From Octopus bimaculoides (lineage: Eukaryota): a stretch of 64,000 nt of DNA. This document shows, piece by piece, positions 1-11,487 of the stretch. The notes under the pieces were generated by a model, which saw nothing but the letters and a program-made list of their open reading frames with translations, did no database searches and had not been told where the DNA came from. Position numbers and translations under genes: made by a program. How positions within the stretch are numbered: position 1 is the stretch's first letter; each line of letters starts with the position of its first letter. Location of the stretch: positions 130,474,875 to 130,538,874 of the forward strand of contig NC_068984.1 in assembly GCF_001194135.2 (NCBI RefSeq). Reading direction: 5' to 3'.

Positions 1-20
1 TATATATATATATATATGTA

Positions 21-180
21 CGGGCTTCTTTCAGTTTCCGTCTAGCAAATCCACTCACAAGGCTTTGGTTGGCCTGAGGCTATACTAGAAGACACTTGCC
101 CAAGGTGCCACGCAGTGGGACTGAACCCAGAACCATGTGGTTCATAAGCAAGCTACTTACTACACAGCCACTCCTGTGCC
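21..180 (-). mobile_element. tRNA-derived SINE, family 1 (5' part)
   Basis: Minus strand reads TGGCTGTGTAGTAAG (A-box-like) ... GGGTTCAGTCCC (B-box-like) ... CACCTTGGGCAAGTGTCTTCT; the same sequence recurs many times in the window. Confidence 0.75.
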
Positions 181-236
181 TACGCGTATAATAATAATAA
201 TATAATATAATATAATAATAATAATAATAATAATAA

Positions 237-697
237 AAAGATGGGCTACAGCAAATATTCTGCTCAATACCATAGATTTGCTGGTAAGTTGTTTGATCGT
301 AACTAGTTGAACATGTCCCTTTCTGGCTGACGATATGTGCACCTCTGATCACGAACAGAAGTAGTGGGGGAGCATCATAGATGTGTATTGAGAGAAATTT
401 TTTTGAGTCTGAATAATTCACCTTTGGAAACATGGGTGTTTCATTCAACATCCTTAAACAACCCTTATTCAAGGACCAATTGGGCAGGGTGGGCTACTCA
501 AGCCAAAGAAAATTCACCTGCCCCACCTGCAAGGTCATGCACCGTTTATCTTGATATGAGATCACCATATCGCGCACATATGGCTGTGCTGCAAGTGCCT
601 GGTGTACCCTTATCAGACGGGTAGTCATGATGGGTATAATGGGCTTCGTATATTTTACCCCAGTGTCACTTTGATGGCATGCACTGCTCTCTCACTC
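237..697. mobile_element. Unclassified ~460-bp interspersed element flanked by (TAA)n
   Basis: Relatively GC-rich block bounded on both sides by (TAA)n tracts (about 190-236 and 700-710); no intact ORF. Confidence 0.4.
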
Positions 698-710
698 AGT
701 AATAATAATT

Positions 711-893
711 ATAAAGATTAGTGCAAGCGTGAAGGTAGAACACCTGCAAAAACCAGCATTGTTTGGAACTGCAAGAATTCTTCCCAGGGTTCTTGAAGCA
801 GGACCAGTAAACAAGTGTCACCTTCATCTGCAGGCTGTGGACAATTGACACGTTCCATCATACCCAGCAAAATAAGCTGTGAGTGTTCATCAC
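711..893 (+). mobile_element. 3' end of an R4/Dong-like (RLE) non-LTR retrotransposon
   Basis: Plus frame reads KVEHLQKPALFGTARILPRVLEA, resembling the RLE C-terminal QKxxLLGTxxILRKV motif; the 3' UTR (GTGTCACCTT...TGACA) is shared with the copy at 29544; TAA flanks. Confidence 0.65.
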
Positions 894-1490
894 ATAATAA
901 TAATCCTTTCTACTAAAGATACAAGGCCTGAAATTTCTATACAAAAATTACCAAAAAGTGGTGGGGGGGGGATGATAGAGGTGTAGTCCTTGTGATACAG
1001 GATGACCTCTAGGGATAATCGAGGAACCCCACAATCCAAGATCTCCCTAAACATGAAGGGGCAAGTGCCCTCCCCAATTCCCATTCTCTGACTTACAGGT
1101 CTACACTTAGAGAGGTACCATCCACTCTTGCCATTTTCGTAACTTTCACCCACCTTTCAATAAACTCACTCAGGTGTAGCTGTGCAGTAAGAAGCTTGCT
1201 CCTAAACCACCACATGGTTCCAGGTTCAGTCCTACTGCATGACACCTTGAGCAAGTGTCTTCTACTATATCCTCGCAACTTAGTGGTTTGGCAAAAGAGA
1301 CTGATAGAGTGAGTACCAGGCGTAACAAAAAAAGAGAATAAATACTGAGGTTAAATTCATTTGACTAAAACTGTTGTTAAGGCAATGCTCCAGCATGGCT
1401 GCTGCAGTCTAATGAATGAAACAAGTAAAAGACAAAAGAAATGACAAGAGCTGAAGAAGCTCTGATCGAGTCAAGCGTCAATGTACTCAC

Positions 1491-1616
1491 CCACCACTCT
1501 TCCTCCTCTTCATGGAGGACGATAATAATTTCTCCACCTTTAAATGTCAGCTCGTCTTCATTATCAGCATCACAATCATATTTAGCTCGACAGCGTCTCT
1601 TACCATTAGATTTTTT
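1491..1616 (-). CDS. Asap: ASAP-family ArfGAP, SH3-domain exon (phase 0-0, 126 nt)
   Basis: ttccag|AAAAAATCT...TGGTGG|gtgagt; encodes KKSNGKRRCRAKYDCDADNEDELTFKGGEIIIVLHEEEEEWW, matching the ASAP SH3 pattern YDCxADNxDELTF...EWW. The terminal SH3 exon was not found in 1-1490 and is presumably outside the window. Confidence 0.95.
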
Positions 1617-2628
1617 CTGGAAGTAGACACACACAACAATAAACACCATTCTACCCAACAAAATTACACATATACAACAAATTACACATATACACTCTTA
1701 GCCATCTGGTTCGCCAGTCCCCAGTCAAATCATCTATACATGTATATACACACATTACATGTATATAAGTAGGGTAAAACCTATGCTATATCCTCTTGAA
1801 GCACATCTGCCTATTCCAGTATTACAATCCAGTATGTAGTTGTGATGGATGTAAGATATATATTAAAGTTGAAAATTATGGAAATATTGTTTGTAGAGTT
1901 ATTATATCACAAATCAGGAAGTTGGAAAAACATAATTCTTATTAGCAAATGAAACATGTGTAATGGTGAATAAATAATACCAAAATATTTTCCCAACTTG
2001 CTGTTTTGTTAGACAGTATATATATATATAAATATATACAAGGTCAGAAATATATTAATACATGTGCCTGGATTAATCTTCTGTTTATTCCCTTTACATT
2101 ATATACTTACATGCGTATTTACAAAGTTAGATGTATAACTGATACTATTAAGTTTAGAATTTCATGTAGATTTATCATCATCCAGTCTGCATCTTGTATA
2201 ATGGTTTGGTTACTAATATACTGAGTAGCGTTTCTGGTTATGATATACAGAGGAAATTAATTGCTGGTAGGGTCACCGTATTTCATTATGCAACTATAAT
2301 ATACTACCAGGTATATTAAAGGCTTCTATGTCAATACTGATTGAATCACGTGATCACGTGACTGACCAGGTTATCAGATGTTGTTATACATCACTGGTCA
2401 CAATGCACTTTTGCATTCTTTTAGCCTTCAAATGATGCCACCCCGCTGGCTAGGCGAGCAGGCCAACATCCCCATCTGATCTAACTGCAATTAGATGTTC
2501 TGAGGGTTTGAAACAGATGTCGGCTTTCATTTCCTTTCCTTTTTCATGTCAGAATGTCAAGAGAAAATAAATTGCAGGAGAGCTGTGTCAATCATCTCAT
2601 CTAAAAGAAATGGCACTGAGGAACATAC

Positions 2629-2747
2629 CTTAATTCGTGGAACAGGAACAGGTGGTGCTACAAAGTCTTTGCCCTGAGTCTCTTCAACTCTCCCCCCAGG
2701 ATCAATTCTGTCACGAGAACGACTTCGATCATTACGTAGGGTCAAAT
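2629..2747 (-). CDS. Asap: ASAP-family ArfGAP, pre-SH3 linker exon (phase 1-0, 119 nt)
   Basis: tttcag|AT TTG ACC...ATT AAG|gtatgt; (D)LTLRNDRSRSRDRIDPGGRVEETQGKDFVAPPVPVPRIK; phases fit both neighbouring exons. Confidence 0.9.
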
Positions 2748-3281
2748 CTGAAACAAGAAACAAACAATTTGCTTAAATCAATTTTAATGTTTCAGATGAG
2801 AATTAATCAATGAATATAATAAACAAATGAACAGCTAAGATTATTAAAAATACCTAAAAAAAAAATCACCCTGGGTCCTACATGTGATGTTGGACCTATA
2901 TTACATGCTTTAATGCACTAAAACCTCTTGTTCTTGAATATGGGTAGCTGAAAATGGGGGGCATCAAATATGCCTGTTTGTTTTTTATGCCTTCAAATAT
3001 GGTAGTTTAACAGACCAATAATGAGAAGACACTGAATATTAACATCTAGAGGAAATGTTGAACTGAGCATGTGTCCACTTCATGTTATTAAGAATTACGA
3101 ACAGTAAGTAAAATCCATGATGACGATGATGATGACAACATGCCTAGAAATATGTGCATGCAATTATAAATCTAAATGTTGATGCAAGAACTATGAAGAG
3201 TATTTTGAGCATTTCCTTTTGTTTGGTGGTAAATCATTTGATTGCGTTTATAGAAGTTGTGTCAGAAATGGTTTAACTTAC

Positions 3282-3343
3282 CAGCGCTATTCAAAGAGGA
3301 AGCTCTTGTACTGCGAGGATGCGGGAGAGGTGGAGGGAGGACA
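3282..3343 (-). CDS. Asap: ASAP-family ArfGAP, Pro-rich linker exon (phase 2-1, 62 nt)
   Basis: tctctgcag|T GTC CTC CCT...GCT G|gtaagt; VLPPPLPHPRSTRASSLNSA; supplies exactly the phase 2-to-1 change needed between the 28733 and 2747 exons. Not in the ORF track. Confidence 0.85.
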
Positions 3344-4202
3344 CTGCAGAGAGAAAAGACATTATTGTGACAGCAGTTTAGAGATATCAAACAAACAAGA
3401 TTTAGAACTGAATCTAGTATATAAAGCTATAATGTCTTAAATCCTGGCAGCCTGCATTTATTCAAGGAATAGCTGCTATTCTACTGAGCCTTGCCGAGTC
3501 ACATATTGTGTGTGTGTGTGTGCATGGAATAATTTTTGAAATGCACAACCATTGTATGAAGACCAGATAATCAATATTGCTATGTCTGAGACTGCTGAAG
3601 TGAGCTATCATTGTAAGGAGACTCAATGGTCCTATCTAGCTGTGGACATGGGCTGTAGGTTATATAACTTTAGGTCAGCAGATGGTAGATATGGAAAACT
3701 GAAAAAAACTTATCTGTTTACATAGTGTTATGTACAGTGTTATATATTGAGCCTTTGGGTAGCTGAAGTAATTTAGTTGTGACAAAAAACAAGTCAAGAA
3801 ATTAAAGAGTTTTCTTAATCAAAAATTCTACTCCAAGTTTGGTGGCACCTTAACTTCAGCATTTTGATGGATAATAATACTGTCATCAGTCTTGTCCTCA
3901 CAAATGGTTTCGAGAAAGTTACACTTTGAGTGAGCAACGTTTTAGATATATATCTCCCACTTTTGATCACAAGTATTTCATTTCAGTCTTCTATTTTCAA
4001 TAAAATGGAGGTTTAAGACTACTCAGAAATAAGTTCCAGAAACAATGGTAAAATTACATACAGAGTGATTTTAGACAGACACGATATGGAAGATGATTGC
4101 AATAATATTTTATAAGTACCAGCATCTTATAATCTGATATCAATATTAGTTTCTGTTTTTATACCTATTAAGCACCATATTTACATCCAAAATAAATAGT
4201 TG

Positions 4203-4360
4203 CAGGTATGGCTGTGTGGTAAGAAGTTCACTTTGCAGCCAAATGACTTCAGGTTCAGTCCCACTATGTGGCATCTTGGGCAAGTGTCTTCTACTATAGC
4301 CCCAAGCCAACCAATGCTTTGTAAGCAGAAATGGTAGACAGAAATTGTGTGGAAGTCCAT

Positions 4361-4393
<33 letters not shown>

Positions 4394-4620
4394 AGGGGTA
4401 TGTGCACACGTATGCATGTGTGTGTGTGTTGCTGTCTCCTTGCCTTGACTTCACTTGATAATTGTAAACAAAAGCCACTGCCATGCAAGTGGTGTCCTGC
4501 TACCAATCTTTGATGAAATCCTGTCTGGTCATAATGAAATATTACCTTACTTGGAAACAAGAGAAAGTTAGTGACAGGAAGAACATCCAGCCGTAGAAAG
4601 TTTGCCTCAACAAATTCCAT
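4203..4620 (+). mobile_element. tRNA-derived SINE, family 1, with internal (TG)n
   Basis: TGGCTGTGTGGTAAG ... GGTTCAGTCCC head, body shared with the copies at 38350, 42200, 47150 and 60592. Confidence 0.7.
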
Positions 4621-6539
4621 TCAACGACCCACGCAAATTTAGGAAAAGTGGATGCTAAAGCAATGATGAATACAAATTATTATCTATATTAAGTAAAAAT
4701 CCTTATTACACTCTGATATCATTACAGTTAAATGTATGAAATCATTTCTAACAGAGACACAAAGCCAGAAATTTGGAGAAAGGACAGTCAATTACATAAT
4801 CTCTGGCAATGGTATTTCATTTTATTGTCTCCTGAAAGGATAAAAGACAAAATTGACCTCAGTGAGATTTGATCTCATAACATAAAGAGTTAGAAAAACT
4901 ACTGCAAAGCATTTTGTCCAACACTAAAGATTTTTCCAATCCACTACCTGAAATCATAGTAATGTAAGACCATCTTTGTCACATAGAAGCTGAATCTTTT
5001 TGCACCTACAAAGTAATTTACAGCTAACTGAACGATTTTGTACATTTCCACTTGCATCAGATAATGAATTCAAACATAGATTTTAGAAGCCAAAATGCAT
5101 TTTGCATGATCCAGACACAAACACGTTATGAAAAAGAGAAAACTGATGACATCATTTTGTCTAAAAAAGAAAGCAGGATACTCCCATTCATATTTTGAAT
5201 TTCTGTGTCTTTTTTTTCACTTTTCATTTTGAACCCAAGAAAGACAAACATGCTATCAAAAAATTGGTCAATTCAATAAACAGACTCAATCCCTTATCAC
5301 GCTCTTCTTATTGCCTATTATTGTTGTTGTGGGGTTCCTTGATTATCCCTAGGGGTCATCCTTTATCAGGAGGACATCTCTATCATCCCCACTCCCTTTT
5401 TTTCTAACCTTTATATACTATGTATATTTCCCTTCATTTTCATTCTATAGTATGTATACTCACTCTTATTTATTTATTTTACCTTTTCATTATATGTAAA
5501 CCCCTACACTTTATGTCTGTCTTGTACTGTCCCTTCAACCTTTGCATTGATGGCAAATAAATGAAATCATCATTATTATTATGTAATCTTATGTTTATTG
5601 CTTGCTTTCACAGAACAGTAACATAGTTCACTGGGCCTTAAGTATGGGCTGTGGTTTGCTTTTGGTGTTGTTATTTTTACTGTATTAAGAGTGCACTGCA
5701 TAGGACAAGTGGAGTGTCTAGTAATGCTAGTTTGTCTATGTTATAAATACTTGTTAGTCCTGGGGTTTTGGTCACTTATTTGTCTCTATGCTTTTTGACT
5801 AAACCTAAAACACCTATTATCATAGAGATTGTTTCTGTCTTCAGGTTCCATGCAGTTACATAAGCTCTATTATTGTGTGTGTGAATATGCTTGCAAGCAC
5901 CTCTGTGAACAGGTGAGGGACAATAGCTTCAGACAGCCCACTTCTCTCTCTCCCTCTTTAAACATAGGCTTAGGAGCAGGGGATGCAGGGGTGCAAGTGC
6001 ACCCCCTAAATTATAATTTTTTTTTGGTAGGGGTTGATGAAAATGCTTAGATTATTCTCCCGAAAAATTGGGTTTGCATCCCACTAAGCAAATTTCATTC
6101 ACACACTTATGTCTTAAATATGTATATATATGTATGTATGTGTTTGGTATGTATGTATGTATGTATGTTTTGTATGTAAGTGTATGTGTGTCTGTCTATT
6201 TGTCCAACTGTATGTATATATGTACTTATGTGCACATGCATGTGCATATATATGCATTGAAAAGTAAATAAGCAACTGAGATTCAATGACATCCTCTAAA
6301 ACTATTTCCTGAAATTCTATCTTCTCTAAGATTCCAGTTCAGATTACACTAGACACATATTTATTTCAGTTATATACCCACCCATGTGTATATACTAAAG
6401 CCACAGCTGCCTGCACGAGAAGCATAATGATCAATCAAGCAAACAGTCAATACCACAACCACCACCACCACCACTGGTGATGTGATGTGTCTCTGAAAAC
6501 ACACATCTCACATTGAGATATGAAATACTGCTGAAATTG

Positions 6540-6770
6540 GCAGGAGCATTGCATGTTGAATTCAAATTTTGGCACAAGGCCAGCAATTTCAAGGAAGCGG
6601 GTAAATCAATTATGTCAACCCCAGTGCTCAACTGGGGCTTATTTTATTGACTCCGACAGGATGAAAGGCAAAGTTGACCTTGATGGCATTTGAACTCTGA
6701 GCATTGGATGAAATGTTACTAAGCATTTTTCCCAGTGTGCTAACAATTCTGCCACCTCACTGCCCCAAGA
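6540..6770 (-). mobile_element. tRNA-head SINE with Nin/Deu-like central domain
   Basis: Minus strand: GAGTTCAAAT (B-box) ... CTTTGCCTTTCATCCTGTCGGAGTCAATAAAATAAG, resembling from memory the Nin/Deu domain GCCTTTCATCCTTCCGAGGTCGATAAA. Confidence 0.6.
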
Positions 6771-6884
6771 GCTTTGTATATTAGCAATATGTGAAGTTAA
6801 CTTGAAAAGGTGAGCCTAAATTGTAGCAGGTTTATAATGTGAAGAATGAGAGACTTCAATAGTTTTAATTTCCCAACATATCTA

Positions 6885-7035
6885 CACTCTCTGAGTGGTT
6901 GGCATTAGGAAGGGCATCCAGCTGTAGAAACTCTGCCAAATCAGATTGGAGCCTGGTGTAGCCATCTGGTTTCACCAGTCCTCAGTCAAATCGTCCAACC
7001 CATGCTAGCATGGAAAGCGGACGTTAAACGACAAT
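6885..7035 (+). mobile_element. SINE/LINE 3' module with (GAT)n tail (family 2)
   Basis: GAGTGGTTGGCATTAGGAAGGGCATCCAGCTGTAGAAAC...GGACGTTAAACGA; near-identical copies at 23227, 52040 and 63080. Confidence 0.7.
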
Positions 7036-7376
7036 GATGATATACAGGTGCAGGTGTGACTTCCCAACCATATGGTTCTGAGTTCAGTTCCACTGCAAGG
7101 TACCTTGGGCAAGCATCTTCTATTATATATATAAATTATATATATAAATATCTTTTAAATTAATTTATGGTAACGGTAAAGGCATGCACATAAAGTTCCT
7201 ATTTTATTATGCTGGCTACCATCTAATGATACTGACTAGTGAGTCAGTTTTTTTGGGGTTACATCATAGTTATACCAATATAATGTAGGATAAATATAAT
7301 AATAACAATGATTCTTGCCAGCTCCTGTCGAATCATCTAAGGCATGTTAGCATGGAAGAAGGTCATTAAATGATGA

Positions 7377-7413
<37 letters not shown>

Positions 7414-7978
7414 GCACACTAGCTGTTTGTTAATGTAACCAGATAAACATTTACATGAAGATTGTTATAAAACAAGAAATACATAATACTGTAAAATTGT
7501 AAAAATACAAAAATAAAATGTGAAAACCAGGCTATATTCGAGTTTGATTCACTAACATATTTATCTATATGTATAGTTTGTTTATTAGTTTTTACAAATC
7601 CCAATTTTATATATATTATTCAGTACTAAAATNNNNNNNNNNNNNNNNNNNNNNNNNNNNNNNNNNNNNNNNNNNNNNNNNNNNNNNNNNNNNNNNNNNN
7701 NNNNNNNNNNNNNNNNNNNNNNNNNNNNNNNNNNNNNNNNNNNNNNNNNNNNNNNNNNNNNNNNNNNNNNNNNNNNNNNNNNNNNNNNNNNNNNNNNNNN
7801 NNNNNNNNNNNNNNNNNNNNNNNNNNNNNNNNNNNNNNNNNNNNNNNNNNNNNNNNNNNNNNNNNNNNNNNNNNNNNNNNNNNNNNNNNNNNNNNNNNNN
7901 NNNNNNNNNNNNNNNNNNNNNNNNNNNNNNNNNNNNNNNNNNNNNNNNNNNNNNNNNNNNNNNNNNNNNNNNNNNNNN

Positions 7979-8013
<35 letters not shown>

Positions 8014-10645
8014 AGAAGGGAGAGGGTGAAAAAATATTTGGATTTGTTAATGATGTTATATTGGTTTCATTGTTGAAGCTCCTTCATGTAAATGCAACAG
8101 AGTTCACACACACACACACAAAGAAGTTCATCATGCATTTTTAAAAAAATGATGTTATATAGCAGACTATCATTGCTACAGCAGTACTGTAGTAACACAT
8201 TCTGAACAGACATAATGTGTCCTTAGAGAGACAGAAACATCAGGACACATTGACAAATTTAAATCTTAGTACACATACACACACAAAGACTATATTCAAC
8301 GTGGAAAATTAAATTACTGCTATTGATGATGACAGTGATGACTATCAGAACTTAGAACTGGAACTAAATGATATGCCTGAGCTATAATATGAAAATAATA
8401 TTAGAGAAACATGAAAAGACATTGTGTAAACAAGTAGTATATGAAATTCTAATATAGATATATGGCCATAAATATTAGAGGAGAATCTGGTTGGCTAAAT
8501 TAACATAAATATTTGTTAGGCACTTCCTTTAACCACCTCAGAAAGATTAATGGTAAACTCAGCCAAGACAGGATTTGAATTTAATACACAAAGAGATGTA
8601 ACTAAAATATCGCTAAAACTATTTTGTGAGAGACTCAAGTGATTCTACCAACCCACCACCCATCTGAGTACAATGTTGAAAGACTATACCAACATGTTGG
8701 TTACTATGCAATGCCATTGTCAGTCTGTGTGAGTAAATGTGTATTAAAAAGCAGGCATAGCAAACACTTTGCAAAAATGTGGTTTCATGTTCTGTTCCAC
8801 TGTGCGACACCTTGGGTAGGTGTCTTCTACTTTAGCCCCAAACTGGCAAATGCCTTGTGAGTGAATTTGGTAGACAGAAACTGGAAGCCCATCGTAAAAA
8901 CGTGTATGTGTACTTAGGAAATTAGAACAATTACTATTTCAAATTCAACTCATCTCCTTATTTGGCATTTGATTAGATTTTTTTTTCATATCTTTTGTAC
9001 TGGCGGTTTTTTTTTATATACTCACCAGTCAGTGGGATATGCAATAACCTCAGCAAACTGAGGCAAGCATAGCTATATATCAAGTAAGTGGTATTGTGCA
9101 TGCGGGTAAGAGTACTAACACAGTAGAGATATTGTAGTCGCAAGGTTGTCATTATTAACTTACCATCGTAACCTCAAGCATCGTATTTCAAATATCACAC
9201 ACATTCACAACTGGATGTGTATGTGTACACACAAAATTGAAAGTTTATTTAATTCTATTGCAACACCCTCCCTTCATTTGGGAAACATCAAACGTTATAC
9301 GAACTCGCAACGTATCAACCTTTAAGTTCATCACATTTATTTTCCGAATGTCAAAAAACCACGTAAGTAAAATATATAAGAAGGGAAGTAACTGTTAAGT
9401 TGTCATCGGGAACATCAGATAGTTTTATTGCAGAGTAGCCTCCCTTGTACACAAAAAAAACTCGAGAGAAAAAGAATCATTGATTATTTTTGTATGTTTG
9501 CGTGCGTCTATGTGTAAGTGCTTGCGCGCGTATATTTTACGTGCATGTGCTGCAATTAGTAATACTTATCAACCAAAAGCATAGCGACTTGAAATCTGTG
9601 GTGCAAACAAATAAAAAAAAAAACCCCGAAAAATACGAAAGAAACAAGCGGTAAAAAAAATTGACTCCTGAGACGCGTCACCTGTGTAAAAGTAACAAGC
9701 TTCAGATGCATTTTAAATGATTTGTTCTTATAAAGTTCGATGCAGAAAAAACAAACAAACAAACAAACAAACAAAAAATAACAAAACAAAATTAAAACAA
9801 ACAAGATTGCATGCTGGGATACTTCAATGAGTGGAACACGTTATACTCAGATATGCCCGTGATGCTACAAAGCAGACGTTCAATATTAGTCCAAGAAGTG
9901 TAATGTCTTATTTGCCGTTCAACCTAAACGTGGTTGGTACTTTGACACATGCAGCAGTACTTAAGAAGAGTACAGCGGTGTATGCTTAGAGTGCACAAAT
10001 GACATATACTTGTACTCACTGGAGTGACCAAAACGGTTTTGTACCTTGGTATATACTCAACTCGAAAGATATTGCATTGAAGTACACGCTGTAGTGCACA
10101 CGTGGTGCAACATGCATGCGTATTTTTTAAGAAACACTGCAGCACACGCCAATATTTGAAGAAGAATGCAATCTTTACATGCAAGCAAATGCAACAAAAT
10201 TGTGTGTGCATGCATATGTGAGCACATACACTTCTGTGTGTGTTTGTATATAAGGAATATTACATAGTACTATACACACACACACACATATACATATTAT
10301 CCGTAAACAAGATTATTATTGTAGCTGGCCAAAACTTCAAAGTTACTGTCAATATTCTTGTTTAATAATAATAATAATAAATTTGTACTCTACAAAAGAC
10401 TAGAGTAACCCATCAGATGTATGTGTGTACATATATATACTGTAAATAGAAATTGCAAAAACAGTGTATATACTAGGCACAGTAGTAGCGAGATAGAGTG
10501 TATACAAGGAGTATTGTACATACAGTGGTGTTGTAGTGTATACATTGTGAAAATAGCAGAGATATGACACTGTAACTATGTTTGTGTATGTATACACACA
10601 TACACTCACACACAAATATATAAATATATACACACACACACACAT

Positions 10646-11443
10646 ATATGCATCTATATATACAGGTAGATGTAAGTATGTACATACATGTACGTATATA
10701 TGCATATACTCATTTATTATTTGTATTACATGACCGAACGCTAAGCGTCCTCCTTGCAAGTAAGTTTTTAAACTATATTTTTCTGACGCGACTCTATCTA
10801 CCTTTGTATCTTTCTCTCTCGTTCTTCCATCTGCTGTTCTCCGCCTCTCTCCTTCTCTACTATATCTCTTTCTTTCTCCCTGTCTCTCTTTGCACACCTA
10901 TATTCTACTTCCTCCCCTTTCTTCTCCCCCTACCACTCTTTCTCCTACCCTTCCCTGGTCACGTTTCTAACTACTTATCTTTCTTTCATATCTTCGCTTT
11001 CGCGAGGCTAGCACGAACAATTCTTCGTCTCCTTTCCAGTTCGTTGCTTCACAGAGTTCAGCACATATATTTTTTCACGTCTGGCCGTATAGCCTTCTTG
11101 TTTGTTCTCTCTGTTTCGTTTTCCTGTTTTGTTTTGTCTGTCACTGCATTCCTCCACGTTACAAATTTAATTTGAATTAAATTTACTTTTAATTTAATTT
11201 GTGGTCCGTGGGAAGAGCCATTTTAACGATGCGTCCTGCCCTACTCTTCAAAACACATGTGTTAGAAGGGGGCAGCTGATGAAGGAGATGTTCTCTATGT
11301 GGCCTGTGTGTTTTCTGTACTCGTTTATCATTTTGTCCACGTTTTTTGCAACGTCCTGTACCCAGATATGCATCTATATATACAGGTAGATGTAAGTATG
11401 TACATACATGTACGTATATATGCATATACTCATTTATTATTTG

Positions 11444-11448
<5 letters not shown>
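10646..11448. mobile_element. Element with 83-bp identical terminal direct repeats (Penelope/retrozyme-like architecture)
   Basis: 10646-10728 equals 11366-11448; CpG-rich interior; (CA)/(TA) microsatellite flanks; diverged homolog at about 41060-41175. Confidence 0.5.

Positions 11449-11487
<39 letters not shown>

Noticed and set aside
890-1278. Minus-strand ORFs and a GTAAGT donor at about 1096 as the possible terminal SH3 exon
   Set aside because: No GxFPxxFV-type SH3 C-terminal motif in any frame I read; the region overlaps SINE pieces.
2346-2361. Perfect 16-bp palindrome TCACGTGATCACGTGA (double E-box)
   Set aside because: It appears to lie at the start of an interspersed repeat-like block; no independent evidence of regulatory function.
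7569-8144. Long ORFs spanning N-runs (also at 26171, 40650, 42468, 44619, 58277 and 59584)
   Set aside because: Artefacts of translating assembly gaps and flanking microsatellites.
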